This document shows, piece by piece, positions 8,540 through 18,547 of a stretch of 64,000 nucleotides of DNA. The notes beneath the pieces are model-generated. The model was not told the origin of the DNA, made no database searches, and was given only the letters and a program-made list of their open reading frames with translations. The number at the start of each line of letters is the position of its first letter. The stretch's first letter is position 1. Source of the DNA: Clostridia bacterium (GTDB lineage Bacteria > Bacillota > Clostridia > Oscillospirales > CAG-272); NCBI GenBank assembly GCA_017456145.1, contig JAFTJZ010000034.1:2412-66411 (forward strand), given 5' to 3'. Position numbers and translations under genes: made by a program.

Positions 8540-9445
8540 TCATTCGTCCTTCTCCACGGGGATCCAGAGTTCTCTGTAGCGTTGATTGCTCCTCTCCCCG
8601 CCATACCAATGCGTCACCACCAGCTCCGGCGCATTGGCAAGCCGGTAGCCCGAGGTGGGCAGCCATTCGCTTGCGATGCGTTTCCGCAAATCAAGAAAAA
8701 CCATGGTGGGATAAGAGCACCGCTCGGTCTCGAATATCGCATAAGTAGCTTTGGGAATAGTGATGTTTTCGAAATACCTTGCATATTCCTTGCCGAGAAC
8801 GCCGTCTTTTTCCAGATTGTTCCGATAATACTCAGACAGTTGATTAGCAATATAGAAATCGTAGCCCTCGTCATCCACGTTTGTGATAATATCATAACCG
8901 GTATCATCATGCCGTCCCGAAAGTCCCGTCAGGATATACTGCAGCGCTCTGGTTTTGACGTACATCTCCTTTTCTTGTTCCATACGCTCGCCGGGAACGC
9001 CGAGAAAACGACGCTTATACCCCGTCAAAATCATTTCATCCTTTTCTTCAATTCTGTAGTTCATCATACTACCGCCTTCCATTGAAATTTTGATCAACAA
9101 GCGGGAAAAGGAGCGGAGCATCTTTCCGTTCGTGCGCGCCTCGGACGGTGTGATGCCATGGAATTTTTGAAATGCTTTGGCAAAGCTGTCGGGGCTGTCG
9201 TAGCCGTATTTGAGTGCAATATCAATAACCTTTTTTTTGCCACCGGCAAGCTCCGCGCCCGCAAGCGTCAGCCGCCGCAAGCGAATATACTCTCCCAGCG
9301 TGTAGCCGCAAAGGATACTGAACACTCTTTGAAAATGATAGCTCGATGAAAAGCTCTGCCGCGCGACCGCCTCATAATCGATCTCCTCGGTCAGATGCGC
9401 CTCGATGTAGTCAATTGCCCGCTGCATTCCCTCAATCCAGTCCAT
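8540..9445 (-). CDS. AraC-family transcriptional regulator with GyrI-like effector-binding domain
   Basis: ORF 8540..9526 trimmed to ATG 9445 (AGGAGGgatggaaATG). HTH_AraC motifs SSSYHFQRVFSILCGYTLGEYIRLRRL and YDSPDSFAKAFQKFHGITPSE are present, with a C-terminal GyrI-like fold. Confidence 0.85.
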   Translation of the reverse strand: MDWIEGMQRAIDYIEAHLTEEIDYEAVARQSFSSSYHFQRVFSILCGYTLGEYIRLRRLTLAGAELAGGKKKVIDIALKYGYDSPDSFAKAFQKFHGITPSEARTNGKMLRSFSRLLIKISMEGGSMMNYRIEEKDEMILTGYKRRFLGVPGERMEQEKEMYVKTRALQYILTGLSGRHDDTGYDIITNVDDEGYDFYIANQLSEYYRNNLEKDGVLGKEYARYFENITIPKATYAIFETERCSYPTMVFLDLRKRIASEWLPTSGYRLANAPELVVTHWYGGERSNQRYRELWIPVEKDE

Positions 9446-9526
9446 TTCCATCCCTCCTGTCTGCCAATATTGTAGCAGAAACTGCGCCAAAAATCCCGAC
9501 TTTGAGTGCGGTGATGTATCGGACAT

Positions 9527-9555
9527 ATTATATCACATTGACAAAGAGATGTAAA
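9527..9555 (-). promoter_or_regulatory. Promoter for the AraC-family gene
   Basis: Reverse strand reads TTTACA, a 17-nt spacer, then TATAAT. Confidence 0.5.
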
Positions 9556-9580
9556 GCCCCCGCAAAACGCAAAACGTGTA

Positions 9581-9610
9581 TTGACAGCCGATTGGGTTAT
9601 ATGATATAAT
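9581..9610 (+). promoter_or_regulatory. Promoter for the GH31 gene
   Basis: TTGACA (9581..9586), an 18-nt spacer, then TATAAT (9605..9610). It diverges from the AraC gene. Confidence 0.6.
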
Positions 9611-9637
9611 GAAAAAAACACACGGGAGGATAGGAGT

Positions 9638-12007
9638 ATGAGGATGATTACACACCATCGTGTGCCGCACGGCGCGATTTTCCAGAGTGACGAGGGCATT
9701 GTCCTGCGCGTGCAGGCTTGGCGGGAGGACATTCTGCGTCTCTCCTGCACCAAGGGCAACTTTACCGACGGGGAGAGCGACATTGTCACCGCCTCGCCGA
9801 ACAACGTTCCGCTCATTTTGACCGAGGAGGCGGATCGCATCACCGTCGGCACCTCGCGCGTGACGCTGGAGATCCGCCGCCACACCTTTGCCATGCGCTT
9901 TTTGCGGGGCGGGACAGAGATTCTTCGTCTTGCCTCGGAACCGCTGCAGCTGCTGGACACCACCGTCACCGTCCCACGCCACACCGCCGACCGCGAGACA
10001 CCCGACCGCTTGAAGTTGGTCAAAACCGACACGCTCCCCGGCTACCGTTTCTCGCTCTCGCTTGATCTTGATCCCAACGATGTGATCTACGGTCTGGGGC
10101 AATACGGTAACGGCAGCCTCAACCGTCGCGAGGTCGCGCTGGAGCTCTACCAAATGAACAACTTTGCGCCCGTTCCCTTTATGGTCTCCGACCGCGGCTG
10201 GGGTATTCTGGTGGACACAGGAGCTTATTCGACCTTCTCCCGCGATGCCTTCGGCACCACCTTCTACACCGATGCCGTCAGCATGGGCGATTTCTATTTC
10301 TGCGGGAGCGAGAGCATCGACGGCGCCATCGCCGCCTACCGCACCCTGACCGGTGCCGCGCCCATGATGCCCAAGTGGCTGTTCGGCTACGCGCAGAGCA
10401 AGGAGCACTACCACACCGGGGAGGAGCTGCTCTCGGTGCTATGTGAATACCGCCGCCGTGGCGTACCGCTCGATCTGATCGTGCAGGACTGGAACTACTG
10501 GAAGGAGGGCACTTGGAGTGACAAATCCTTTGATCCCGCCCGCTATCCCGACCCCACCGCCATGTGCGACGAGGTACACAAAAACCATGCCCACATTATG
10601 ATCTCGGTCTGGCCCAACACCCGCGGGGGCGACAGTTTCCGCGAGCTGTTTGATAAGGACGGGCTGCTGACCGACGAGGGCACCTTTGGCGGGGGCGGCG
10701 TTTACAATGTCTTTGACGCTGCCGCCTGCGACATCTACACCTCACAGCTGGAAAACATCCGCCGCCACGGCTTTGATGCGTGGTGGTGCGATGCGACCGA
10801 GCCGTTTGAGACGGGATACGGCGACCGCATCACACCGAGCGAGCTCAGAGAGCGCGTCATGCCTTACTACCGCCGCTATTTTGACAGCCGCAAGATCAAT
10901 CTCTTTTCCCTGCTCCACGCGGGCAATGTCTATCATTACACCCGCCGTGCGGAAAATGAAAAAAAGCGCGTCGTCAACCTCACTCGCTCAGGCTACGCGG
11001 GACAGCAGAGATACGGCACTATCGTCTGGAGCGGTGATATTGGCGGCTCGTTTGCCGAGATGAAACGGCAAATCGCCGAGGGGTTGAATTTCTGCGCCTC
11101 GGGGCTGCCCTACTGGTCGCTGGACATCGGTGGTTTCTTCCCGACGCACGGCAGCGCCACCTTCAACTGCCATGTTCCCTACCACGCCGTCAGCGAGCCC
11201 GGCTACCGCGAGCTGTACGTTCGCTGGCTGCAGCTTGGCTGCTTTCTGCCCGTTTTCCGCTCCCACGGCACCACCTTCCCCCGCGAGATCTGGCGCTTTG
11301 GCGAGAAGGGGGAGCCATTCTACGATGCGATTGAAAAATTCATCCGCCTGCGCTACACCCTGATGCCTTACATCTACTCCACGGCATGGCAGGTGACCAA
11401 AAATCACAAGACTTTTATTCGCCTGCTTGCCTTTGATTTTCCGCATGACGCCCGTGCCCTGACCGAGGATACCACGTATCTGTTCGGTCGGTCACTGCTG
11501 GTCAGCCCTGTCACCGAGCCTCAATACTATGAGGGGGCCGACATACCGCTCGACGTACCGCAGATCAAGGACGTTTATCTGCCCGCAGGCGCGGATTGGT
11601 ACAACTACTTCACAGGCGAGCGCTTTGCGGGCGGCAATGTCGTCGCGGTGGGCACACCGCTGGACTCCATGCCACTCTTTGTCCGCGCGGGGAGCATCCT
11701 GCCCACCTCGCCCGTCATGCAGTACGTGGATGAGATCCCCGACGCGCCCTACACCGTCACGGTCTATCCCGGCGCGGACGCAGACTTCACGCTCTACGAG
11801 GACAGCGGCGACGGCTACGCCTATGAGGCGGGCGAATACGCCGAGGTCGATCTCCACTGGAGCGATACGGCGCACACGCTGACCGTCTGTGCCCGCCGCG
11901 GCGACTTCCCCACGCTGGTCCGCAGCCGCACCATGCATCTGCGCGTCGTTGGCGGCAAGGAGACGACCGTTACCTACATTGGCGAGAGGATTTGCGTCGA
12001 GCTGTGA
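9638..12007 (+). CDS. Glycoside hydrolase family 31 (alpha-glucosidase/alpha-xylosidase-like)
   Basis: 789 aa with GGAGGATAGGAGT before the ATG. GH31-type motifs are present: DLIVQDWNYWKEG, ISVWPN, DAWWCDATEPF and VWSGDIGGSF. Confidence 0.85.
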   Translation: MRMITHHRVPHGAIFQSDEGIVLRVQAWREDILRLSCTKGNFTDGESDIVTASPNNVPLILTEEADRITVGTSRVTLEIRRHTFAMRFLRGGTEILRLASEPLQLLDTTVTVPRHTADRETPDRLKLVKTDTLPGYRFSLSLDLDPNDVIYGLGQYGNGSLNRREVALELYQMNNFAPVPFMVSDRGWGILVDTGAYSTFSRDAFGTTFYTDAVSMGDFYFCGSESIDGAIAAYRTLTGAAPMMPKWLFGYAQSKEHYHTGEELLSVLCEYRRRGVPLDLIVQDWNYWKEGTWSDKSFDPARYPDPTAMCDEVHKNHAHIMISVWPNTRGGDSFRELFDKDGLLTDEGTFGGGGVYNVFDAAACDIYTSQLENIRRHGFDAWWCDATEPFETGYGDRITPSELRERVMPYYRRYFDSRKINLFSLLHAGNVYHYTRRAENEKKRVVNLTRSGYAGQQRYGTIVWSGDIGGSFAEMKRQIAEGLNFCASGLPYWSLDIGGFFPTHGSATFNCHVPYHAVSEPGYRELYVRWLQLGCFLPVFRSHGTTFPREIWRFGEKGEPFYDAIEKFIRLRYTLMPYIYSTAWQVTKNHKTFIRLLAFDFPHDARALTEDTTYLFGRSLLVSPVTEPQYYEGADIPLDVPQIKDVYLPAGADWYNYFTGERFAGGNVVAVGTPLDSMPLFVRAGSILPTSPVMQYVDEIPDAPYTVTVYPGADADFTLYEDSGDGYAYEAGEYAEVDLHWSDTAHTLTVCARRGDFPTLVRSRTMHLRVVGGKETTVTYIGERICVEL

Positions 12008-12096
12008 GAAACAAAGGAGGTTGGGGCTTTCCTCCAAGCCCCGCGCCCCCGGGCGTCCGAACAAAAAAATTTCTTCAGTTTTTCCGTATTTCTTGC

Positions 12097-12118
12097 AACC
12101 AAAGTTCTTAAAAACCGT
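12097..12118 (+). promoter_or_regulatory. Possible ECF-type autoregulated promoter
   Basis: An AAC-N16-CGT arrangement (gcAACcaaagttcttaaaaacCGTac) lies about 50 nt upstream of the ECF sigma start. The call rests on this pattern alone. Confidence 0.3.
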
Positions 12119-12166
12119 ACTTATTAGGTGAAAAAGCTTTTTCATCACAATCAAGGAGGTGACCAC

Positions 12167-12721
12167 ATGGACGACCTGCAGATCATCGATCTGTTTTTCG
12201 CACGGGATGAGCAGGCCATCGCGCAGACCGAGGCAAAATACGGCAAACTCTGCCTGACGCTGGCAGGCAACATCTTAGGCAACCCACAGGATGCCGAAGA
12301 GTGTGTCAACGACACCTATCTGCAATTATGGAACCAAATCCCACCCACCCGACCGCAGAATTTCAAAGCATTTCTCTGCAAGATCGCAAGAAATTTATCG
12401 CTCAAGCGGCTGGAATATCGCAACGCGGCCAAGCGTTCGGCGCAGATGACACTCCCCCTGCCCGACGATGCACCGCCCTTACCCGACATCGGCGCACCGT
12501 CCGTCGCAGATGAGGCAGCGCTCGCCGCGCTGATCAGCGATTTTCTCCGCGCGGAGCCGCAGATCTCTCGCTTGGTCTTTTTGCGCAAATACTGGTTCTT
12601 CGACACGGTCGCCGATATCGCCGCGCGGTATTCCATCAGCGAAAGTCGCGTCAAATCCATGCTGCACCGCACCAGAGGCCGCCTGATGGCACATCTGAAA
12701 AAGGAGGGCTTTGAACCATGA
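12167..12721 (+). CDS. ECF-type RNA polymerase sigma-70 family factor
   Basis: ORF 12128..12721 trimmed to ATG 12167 (GGAGGtgaccacATG). Region 2 is DAEECVNDTYLQLW and the region 4 HTH is TVADIAARYSISESRVKSMLHRTRGRL. Confidence 0.85.
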   Translation: MDDLQIIDLFFARDEQAIAQTEAKYGKLCLTLAGNILGNPQDAEECVNDTYLQLWNQIPPTRPQNFKAFLCKIARNLSLKRLEYRNAAKRSAQMTLPLPDDAPPLPDIGAPSVADEAALAALISDFLRAEPQISRLVFLRKYWFFDTVADIAARYSISESRVKSMLHRTRGRLMAHLKKEGFEP

Positions 12722-13656
12722 ACACCATTCGTCTGACCGATGCACTGACACATATCGACGACGCTCTGATCGCCGAGGCCGCAAGCGACACTCCCATAAG
12801 ACGCCGACAGCTTTGGACGAAATACGCCGCCGTTGCCGCCTGCTTATGCCTTGCCGTTACCGCGCTGTTTATCTCGTGGGTACACACCAACCAAGGGAGC
12901 CCCGCACCCCCCGACACCGACACTCCATCCACTCCGTCACCCGACACTCCGTCACCCGACACTTCGGCACCCGAAACAGCGGGCGGTCCGCCTTATATCA
13001 TCCACGAGGGGGAAAGCTATCTCGTCTCTCCGTATGGAGCATCCACGTGGGATGAGGTACTGCCCGACGGCTACTCACTCGCAGGCACCACGCTGCAACA
13101 AGATTCCGAAAGTGGGAACGGGTACGGTGAGGAATCCTACCCCTACTACACCAATCCCGACACCCCCTATCTCATCTACGTATATCACTCCGTCGCCCTC
13201 TCACAGCCCGCCTTCTCTGCCAAATGGGAGGAGCGATACGTTCCCTACGTTCACGAGAGTGTGCGCTACAAGTATTTTCTGAGTCGAGACGGGCAGCTGT
13301 ATATCCGTCTGTTGGACGCACGATATGCCGATCTCACCGACCATCCCGCCCTGAGCGATGAGCTGCTCATGCAATGGACGCAGTCCTATCAAACTTCAAT
13401 CAAGGAGTTACCCGAGGGATTTGTCAGCATTGGAAAAGCCACGCTTGCAGAGCGCTACACGCTGCCCGACGGCGCGCTGTGCAGCAGCCATTTTGCAAAC
13501 GAGGTCTACGCCAATCCGGATAATCCCGATATGCTGCTGCAGGAGGAGACCCGCACCTACTCTGATGGATCCTACACCTCCTATACCGTCTACGTCCGTT
13601 ACGGTATGGGGCTTGATGAGGAGCAGCTGCTCCCCTGGTTCCGCACGACTCCGTAG
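12718..13656 (+). CDS. Membrane-anchored protein, probable cognate anti-sigma factor
   Basis: ATGA overlap with the sigma gene. It has a short N-terminal cytoplasmic segment, one TM helix (YAAVAACLCLAVTALFISW), a (T/S)PSPDT repeat linker and an extracytoplasmic domain of unknown family. Confidence 0.65.
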   Translation: MNTIRLTDALTHIDDALIAEAASDTPIRRRQLWTKYAAVAACLCLAVTALFISWVHTNQGSPAPPDTDTPSTPSPDTPSPDTSAPETAGGPPYIIHEGESYLVSPYGASTWDEVLPDGYSLAGTTLQQDSESGNGYGEESYPYYTNPDTPYLIYVYHSVALSQPAFSAKWEERYVPYVHESVRYKYFLSRDGQLYIRLLDARYADLTDHPALSDELLMQWTQSYQTSIKELPEGFVSIGKATLAERYTLPDGALCSSHFANEVYANPDNPDMLLQEETRTYSDGSYTSYTVYVRYGMGLDEEQLLPWFRTTP

Positions 13657-13694
13657 CATCGGCGCCGCGCTGCGCCTTTTCCAAGGTGACCAAA

Positions 13695-13746
13695 GGGGGT
13701 GAGTCAAATGCACAAATGCATCTGACTCACCCCCGCCGTTTTTTGT
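13695..13746 (+). terminator. Intrinsic terminator after the sigma/anti-sigma operon
   Basis: GGGGGTGAGTCA...TGACTCACCCCC 12-bp stem followed by GCCGTTTTTTG. Confidence 0.8.
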
Positions 13747-13863
13747 TCTGCGGCTGAACACCGCAATTTTCCTGCCTTGCAGGCCAAAACGTAAATTCCG
13801 CGCGTCCAAAAGCCCCACTTTCGGCTTTTTGGCGGGGGCTGCACCAATGACGCAGCCTCGTTT

Positions 13864-14676
13864 TTATTCACTCAGCAGTGCTGCAAGCTCTGCTCGCCGA
13901 TCGCTCAGGCTCTCGCAGACCGTTCCCTTGAACAGCGACGGCTCGAGCTCGTCCCCTTCAAAGGCATCGATCACCCGCTGCGCGATCCGAAATTGTACAG
14001 CCGCTCTGTCCCGCTCTCCGCGTTCCAGCCAATGTTTTCCCAAGATCATCAGCATATCGACCAGCGATTCCGCAGATAAATTCTTTTGCAGCTGCGCCGC
14101 CTGATAGCGATCCTCGCCCTGTAAAAGAGATGCCGCCAGCTCCAATTTGGTGAAATAAATCTCGGGAAGCATCTCCAGAACAGGCTCTATCAGGTCATCC
14201 ATGCCGTTCTCCTTGTAGCACTTCGCCAAAATACGACACGCATCGTATTTCACGGAATCGTCCTTGGTCGATTCGATCAGAGATCTGCACAGAGCGATCA
14301 CCTCATCTGCTCTGTTCTTCTCATCCAGCGTATACAGCAGATTGTTCAATATCATGTCATTCCCGGGAAAGCGCTGCAGCCCCTGTCGCAGGATCTGCTC
14401 CGATTTTACACGATCGGTGTATCGATAACAAAGCGCCTCATCGCAGATTTTTGTCACCTTCTTCTCCGTTTCATACAGATTGAAATCAAAAAGCTCGTCG
14501 GTAGAGACACCGAAAAACGAGGCAATGGCGGGGATCATGGTCACATCGGGCATGGTAGTGTCGTTTTCCCACTTGGAAACCGCTTGAAACGACACGCCGA
14601 GATACCCCGCAAGCACCTCCTGCGACAAATTTCGCTCCTTTCTTAGCGACTTGATTTTTTCTCCGAGTCTTATCAT
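13864..14676 (-). CDS. XRE-HTH + TPR-like repeat regulator (paralogue 1, 270 aa)
   Basis: MIRLGEKIKSLRKERNLSQEVLAGYLGVSFQAVSKWENDTTMPD is a Cro/C1 HTH, and the C-terminus is helical repeats. GGAGGaaaaccATG start. Confidence 0.85.
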   Translation of the reverse strand: MIRLGEKIKSLRKERNLSQEVLAGYLGVSFQAVSKWENDTTMPDVTMIPAIASFFGVSTDELFDFNLYETEKKVTKICDEALCYRYTDRVKSEQILRQGLQRFPGNDMILNNLLYTLDEKNRADEVIALCRSLIESTKDDSVKYDACRILAKCYKENGMDDLIEPVLEMLPEIYFTKLELAASLLQGEDRYQAAQLQKNLSAESLVDMLMILGKHWLERGERDRAAVQFRIAQRVIDAFEGDELEPSLFKGTVCESLSDRRAELAALLSE

Positions 14677-14742
14677 GGTTTTCCTCCAAAATATTTTTTG
14701 GATCGGTGTTTATCCCGAAATTATTATAGCATAAGTATGCCT

Positions 14743-14771
14743 ATTATACCTTGGAAATTCGGATTTGTCAA
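14743..14771 (-). promoter_or_regulatory. Consensus promoter for HTH-TPR paralogue 1
   Basis: Reverse strand reads TTGACA (14771..14766), a 17-nt spacer, then TATAAT (14748..14743). Confidence 0.65.
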
Positions 14772-14922
14772 CGTAATATCCAAAAATTTATATAGGAATT
14801 TTTAATGAACACACGCTACTTGTATTAAACGTCAAGGGTTGCACCGCGTACACAAGCGCGCTCGAACAACGCATCAACGAATCATAACCTTCACTCCCAA
14901 GCGGTCGGGGAATCATACGGAA

Positions 14923-14957
14923 AAAGGGTTCGGAACATTGTTTTCGAACCTTTTGTT
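14923..14957 (+). terminator. Terminator-like hairpin in the leader upstream of the ABC exporter pair
   Basis: AAGGGTTCG-gaacattgtttt-CGAACCTTTTGTTG. It is preceded by an isolated GC-rich patch (14835..14920) inside AT-rich DNA. Confidence 0.5.
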
Positions 14958-15172
14958 GTATTATGATCAAATTGTAATGATGAAACCACACTTTTTGCCT
15001 GTGATATGTAGTGTTATATTCTACATTCAACCTGCGTTAGAAAGAATTTCTCCAAACAAGTTATTGTTTTCTCTTCATTGCTATGGTACCATAATACCGG
15101 TGAAAGATGTTAGGCAATGTAGGTAGTCACACTATTCTTTCACCCATCAAACCGCATCGGGAGGAAAAGGCA

Positions 15173-16765
15173 ATGAAACTGAAAGAACTTACGCGTTTCA
15201 TAAGGAATAAGTTTCAGTTTTATATCGTTTTTACGTGTATGAAAGAGTTGCTACGCACCTGTATTAGCATTTTGATTCCCATTTTGTTATCAAAAATCAT
15301 ATTGAAAGCTACGTCGGGGAATGTGAATGAGGTGTTATTTTTTGCTATCATCATTCTTTCGATCGAACTTGTAGAATTGATTATTTTCTGCATAAGCGAT
15401 ATTCAGCTTCAAAAAAACTTATCAAAAAACAAACATGTTTGCAAATTGGAGTTTTATAAGTTCTTCTTCGACAGACCCCTACATGCGTTGTTTTCCCTTG
15501 AAGTTGGAAAAACGAAAGAAAAATTAAACGACGATTTTGAGACGATAACGAAAAAATATACCTCAACCTACCCGAAAACCATCACATCACTGTTATCTGC
15601 GATTGCATATTTTCTGTATTTGGTTTCCTTGAGCCCATGGATCGCGCTTATTTTCTTTGCGATCTCGCTGCTGCAAGTGATCCCGCCTATAATGATTCGA
15701 AAGTATCTACAGGTAAATTATGACGACTGCCGAGATATAGAGGCTGAATTAACAAACTTCGTTGTAGGTGGGTATCGAGCATTTTTGCTGATCAAGCTAT
15801 ACAAGCTGGACAACTGGTGGAAGAAAAAGCTCGCCGTACTTCATAAGAAGTATTCGAAAATCGGAAGGAAAAGCATCTACACAGGAACCGCAGAAAGTGT
15901 GCTTAACGATATGATCAACAGTATTCTTACTTACGTTACATACGGCATCATCGGTATGCTTGTTTTGAACGGTGTTGTCATGCTTGATGTTGGTATTCAG
16001 GCAATCGCTGTATCGGGAAGTGTTTTCGGATTGGTCAAGACCATATTCGAAGTGATTCGAGATGTTGCCGTAAGCAGAGCAGCCGAAATCCGACTTTCCG
16101 ATTCGTCCTTGTCAACTGAATCAACCGAAGGCCATATAAGGACAGGAGATATCAACGTTTCTGATTTAACTTTTTCGTATGATGAAAATGTGCTGATTTC
16201 AAATCTGAGCCTTTCAATGAATCATCCCAAAATATCTGTCATGAAAGGATCCAATGGAAGTGGTAAAACGACCCTGCTTTATTTGATTGCCGGAGTTTTG
16301 AAAAGCAACACGGGAGAAGTATCCATAGATGGCATTTCTTCGTCCTCTCTTTCTTCTTCCAACTATCCAAGAGATTTGTTCTTCCTTCCCCAAGAGGATG
16401 CCGTGTTCAATTTCACGGCAATAGAGTTGTTCGGCATGATGCTTCCTGACCGTAATGACGAGGTTTTGGAGCAAGCAAAAAGATTTGGCTTGAATGAGGA
16501 CTTATTGCATGGCTCCAAAATAAGTGAGCTGTCCGGCGGAGAGCGAAAAAAGGTCTTTCTTACGATTGCGTTTGTGATCGATCCCGTATTGATGATATTG
16601 GACGAACCAACGAATTCGTTGGATGTGGAAGGAAAAGCCCAGCTCAAAGAATTATTGCGTCAGAGAGATAAGCGTACGCTACTTGTGACTCATGATGGAT
16701 TTATGGATGATATTGCAGGACAAACATATGTTATCAATAAAGGAGCCAATGATGAAAACATATAA
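15173..16765 (+). CDS. ABC exporter, fused permease + ATPase (subunit 1)
   Basis: ORF 15107..16765 trimmed to ATG 15173 (GGGAGGaaaaggcaATG). It has an N-terminal 6-TM-like domain, Walker A GSNGSGKTT, signature LSGGERKK, Walker B LMILDEPT and H-loop VTHD. The gene is AT-rich. Confidence 0.85.
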   Translation: MKLKELTRFIRNKFQFYIVFTCMKELLRTCISILIPILLSKIILKATSGNVNEVLFFAIIILSIELVELIIFCISDIQLQKNLSKNKHVCKLEFYKFFFDRPLHALFSLEVGKTKEKLNDDFETITKKYTSTYPKTITSLLSAIAYFLYLVSLSPWIALIFFAISLLQVIPPIMIRKYLQVNYDDCRDIEAELTNFVVGGYRAFLLIKLYKLDNWWKKKLAVLHKKYSKIGRKSIYTGTAESVLNDMINSILTYVTYGIIGMLVLNGVVMLDVGIQAIAVSGSVFGLVKTIFEVIRDVAVSRAAEIRLSDSSLSTESTEGHIRTGDINVSDLTFSYDENVLISNLSLSMNHPKISVMKGSNGSGKTTLLYLIAGVLKSNTGEVSIDGISSSSLSSSNYPRDLFFLPQEDAVFNFTAIELFGMMLPDRNDEVLEQAKRFGLNEDLLHGSKISELSGGERKKVFLTIAFVIDPVLMILDEPTNSLDVEGKAQLKELLRQRDKRTLLVTHDGFMDDIAGQTYVINKGANDENI

Positions 16766-18348
16766 AAAACGAGTTGTCAGGGATTGTGCTAGGACCGTTT
16801 TTCCCTCTGCTGTATTTAACGTATTGGATGCGGTCATTGGCGCATTGCTGACCGTGTATATTTCAAGCATTCTGGCCAAGTTTGCCGATGCCATATTCGA
16901 GATGGATATCACTTACGGCATGGAGAATTTCGGGATACTGATCATATGCGTTCTAATCTCGCTGTTTGTTATGCCCTTATTTGGTACCGTAAAGGAAATT
17001 CTTCTCTTTGACAATTCCTTAAAGCATGACCGCATGATCTACGGGAGATATTTGAACAAAAGATTCAAAGAGGCCCGCCAATTTTCCGAAGGTGAGGTTC
17101 AATATCGGCTTGAACAGGATGCCATAGACGTGCGCTGCATGTGGTTGGATTTGGTTACGAAAAGCATAGCCACGCCGATCATGCTCGGATATTTGCTCTA
17201 TCATTCGATACGGATCAGTCTGTTGTATACGGTCATTATTTTTCTTGTTTCAGCAATAAAATTAGTTATGCCTATAGTCACGAAAAAACTGAACACCAAA
17301 TACGATATGGAAGTTCGAGAATATCAGACGCAAGTGCGATCCTACGAATTTGAAGTGCTGGATCAACCGCATAAAGTAAAGATGTACGGTCTGACATCAC
17401 CGCTGCTGCAAAGATTCGATCAAATTTATTTGCGCTTTTTTCGTGATACATTAAAAAAAAAGCATTCGACTATCATTCATAACATCCAATCTGTCCGGTA
17501 TGCTCGATGCATTTTGCACGATTATTATTCTTTTGTCCGGAGCCATCCTGGTTGCCAAAGGCGAAATGACAGCGGGAGGTATCGCGGCCGCGTTCGGATT
17601 CCTTTCGATTTTCAATACGCTGTTTAAAAACATTTCTTCTTTTATTCGTGATTATCCCGTTTTCGGAACGCTGGTTGACCGATTGACCGTATTTTATACT
17701 CACGAAGAAGAAACCTCCGGTGCGCAAGTATCTTCTTTGAATGAAATATCTGTCAGCGACCTATCTTTTTCCTACGAAGAAAAAGCCGTATTTCAAAATG
17801 TGAATTTTACGATACACCAAGGAGATAAGGTTGCGATATGCGGCCAAAACGGGAGCGGCAAATCGACTTTGATCAAGCTACTATGCGGAGTTTTGAAAGA
17901 TTACTCGGGTCATATTAAAATTGGCGGGCAAGAATTGTCGGAGTTATCTGCTCTTAACTGGTACGATTGCATTGCCTATACCGAACAGGATCCATATCTG
18001 TTCCCGATGAGCATAAAAGAAAATATTCATATTGGAAATCTTAACGCATCTGATGAGGAGCTTGATGAAATCATTGGAAAACTTGAAATAGAACATCTCA
18101 TCGACCGCAACCGCGATATTCATTCAGAAAAACAGCAGTTGTCTGGAGGAGAAAAACAGAAGATTTCCATAGGGCGAGCATTGCTGAAAAATACGCCCAT
18201 CATCATAATGGACGAGCCAAGCAACAATTTGGATACAGAGGCTTTGGCGTGGCTTCGTGATTTTATCAGCCAATCGCCCAAGACGATTGTTTTCGTGTCC
18301 CACGATTCGGATTTAATATCTTGCGCCGATTATACTGTTTGTTTGTAA
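16752..18348 (+). pseudogene. ABC exporter, fused permease + ATPase (subunit 2), split by a frameshift in an A9 run
   Basis: ORFs 16692..17627 (TM domain) and 17500..18348 (end of TM domain plus NBD: GQNGSGKST, LSGGEKQK, IIIMDEPS) are consecutive parts of one ABC protein in frames 0 and +1. The switch lies at A9 17453..17461. Removing one A gives ...FRDTLKKSIRLSFITSNLSGMLDAF... Confidence 0.7.
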
Positions 18349-18442
18349 ATCATGATGTAAACAATTACCGCGTTTTTCTTAATGACATCTACAACCATAG
18401 ATGTTCACGACTCTGTATGCAAAATGATTCATTTATATAAAA

Positions 18443-18486
18443 AATCCGAACCAATTTCGACTTACGAAATAGTTCGGATTTGTTGC
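18443..18486 (+). terminator. Intrinsic terminator after the ABC pair
   Basis: AATCCGAAC...GTTCGGATT stem followed by TGTTGCGTTT. Confidence 0.5.
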
Positions 18487-18547
18487 GTTTGGTGAAGCGG
18501 ACGATTGGATGTCCAAACCGAAATTATTGACATGCAAAAGCAAAAAA

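Noticed and set aside
14977-15126. 49-aa ORF (MMKPHFLPVICSVIFYIQPALERISPNKLL...) upstream of the ABC exporter as a propeptide gene
   Set aside because: It has no SD-like sequence or promoter of its own and it is embedded in a longer TTG-initiated ORF. It is kept only as a testable candidate under the HTH-TPR finding.
18382-18495. 37-aa ORF (MTSTTIDVHDSVCKMIHLYKK...) after the ABC pair
   Set aside because: It has no SD, and it runs through the terminator hairpin at 18443..18486.
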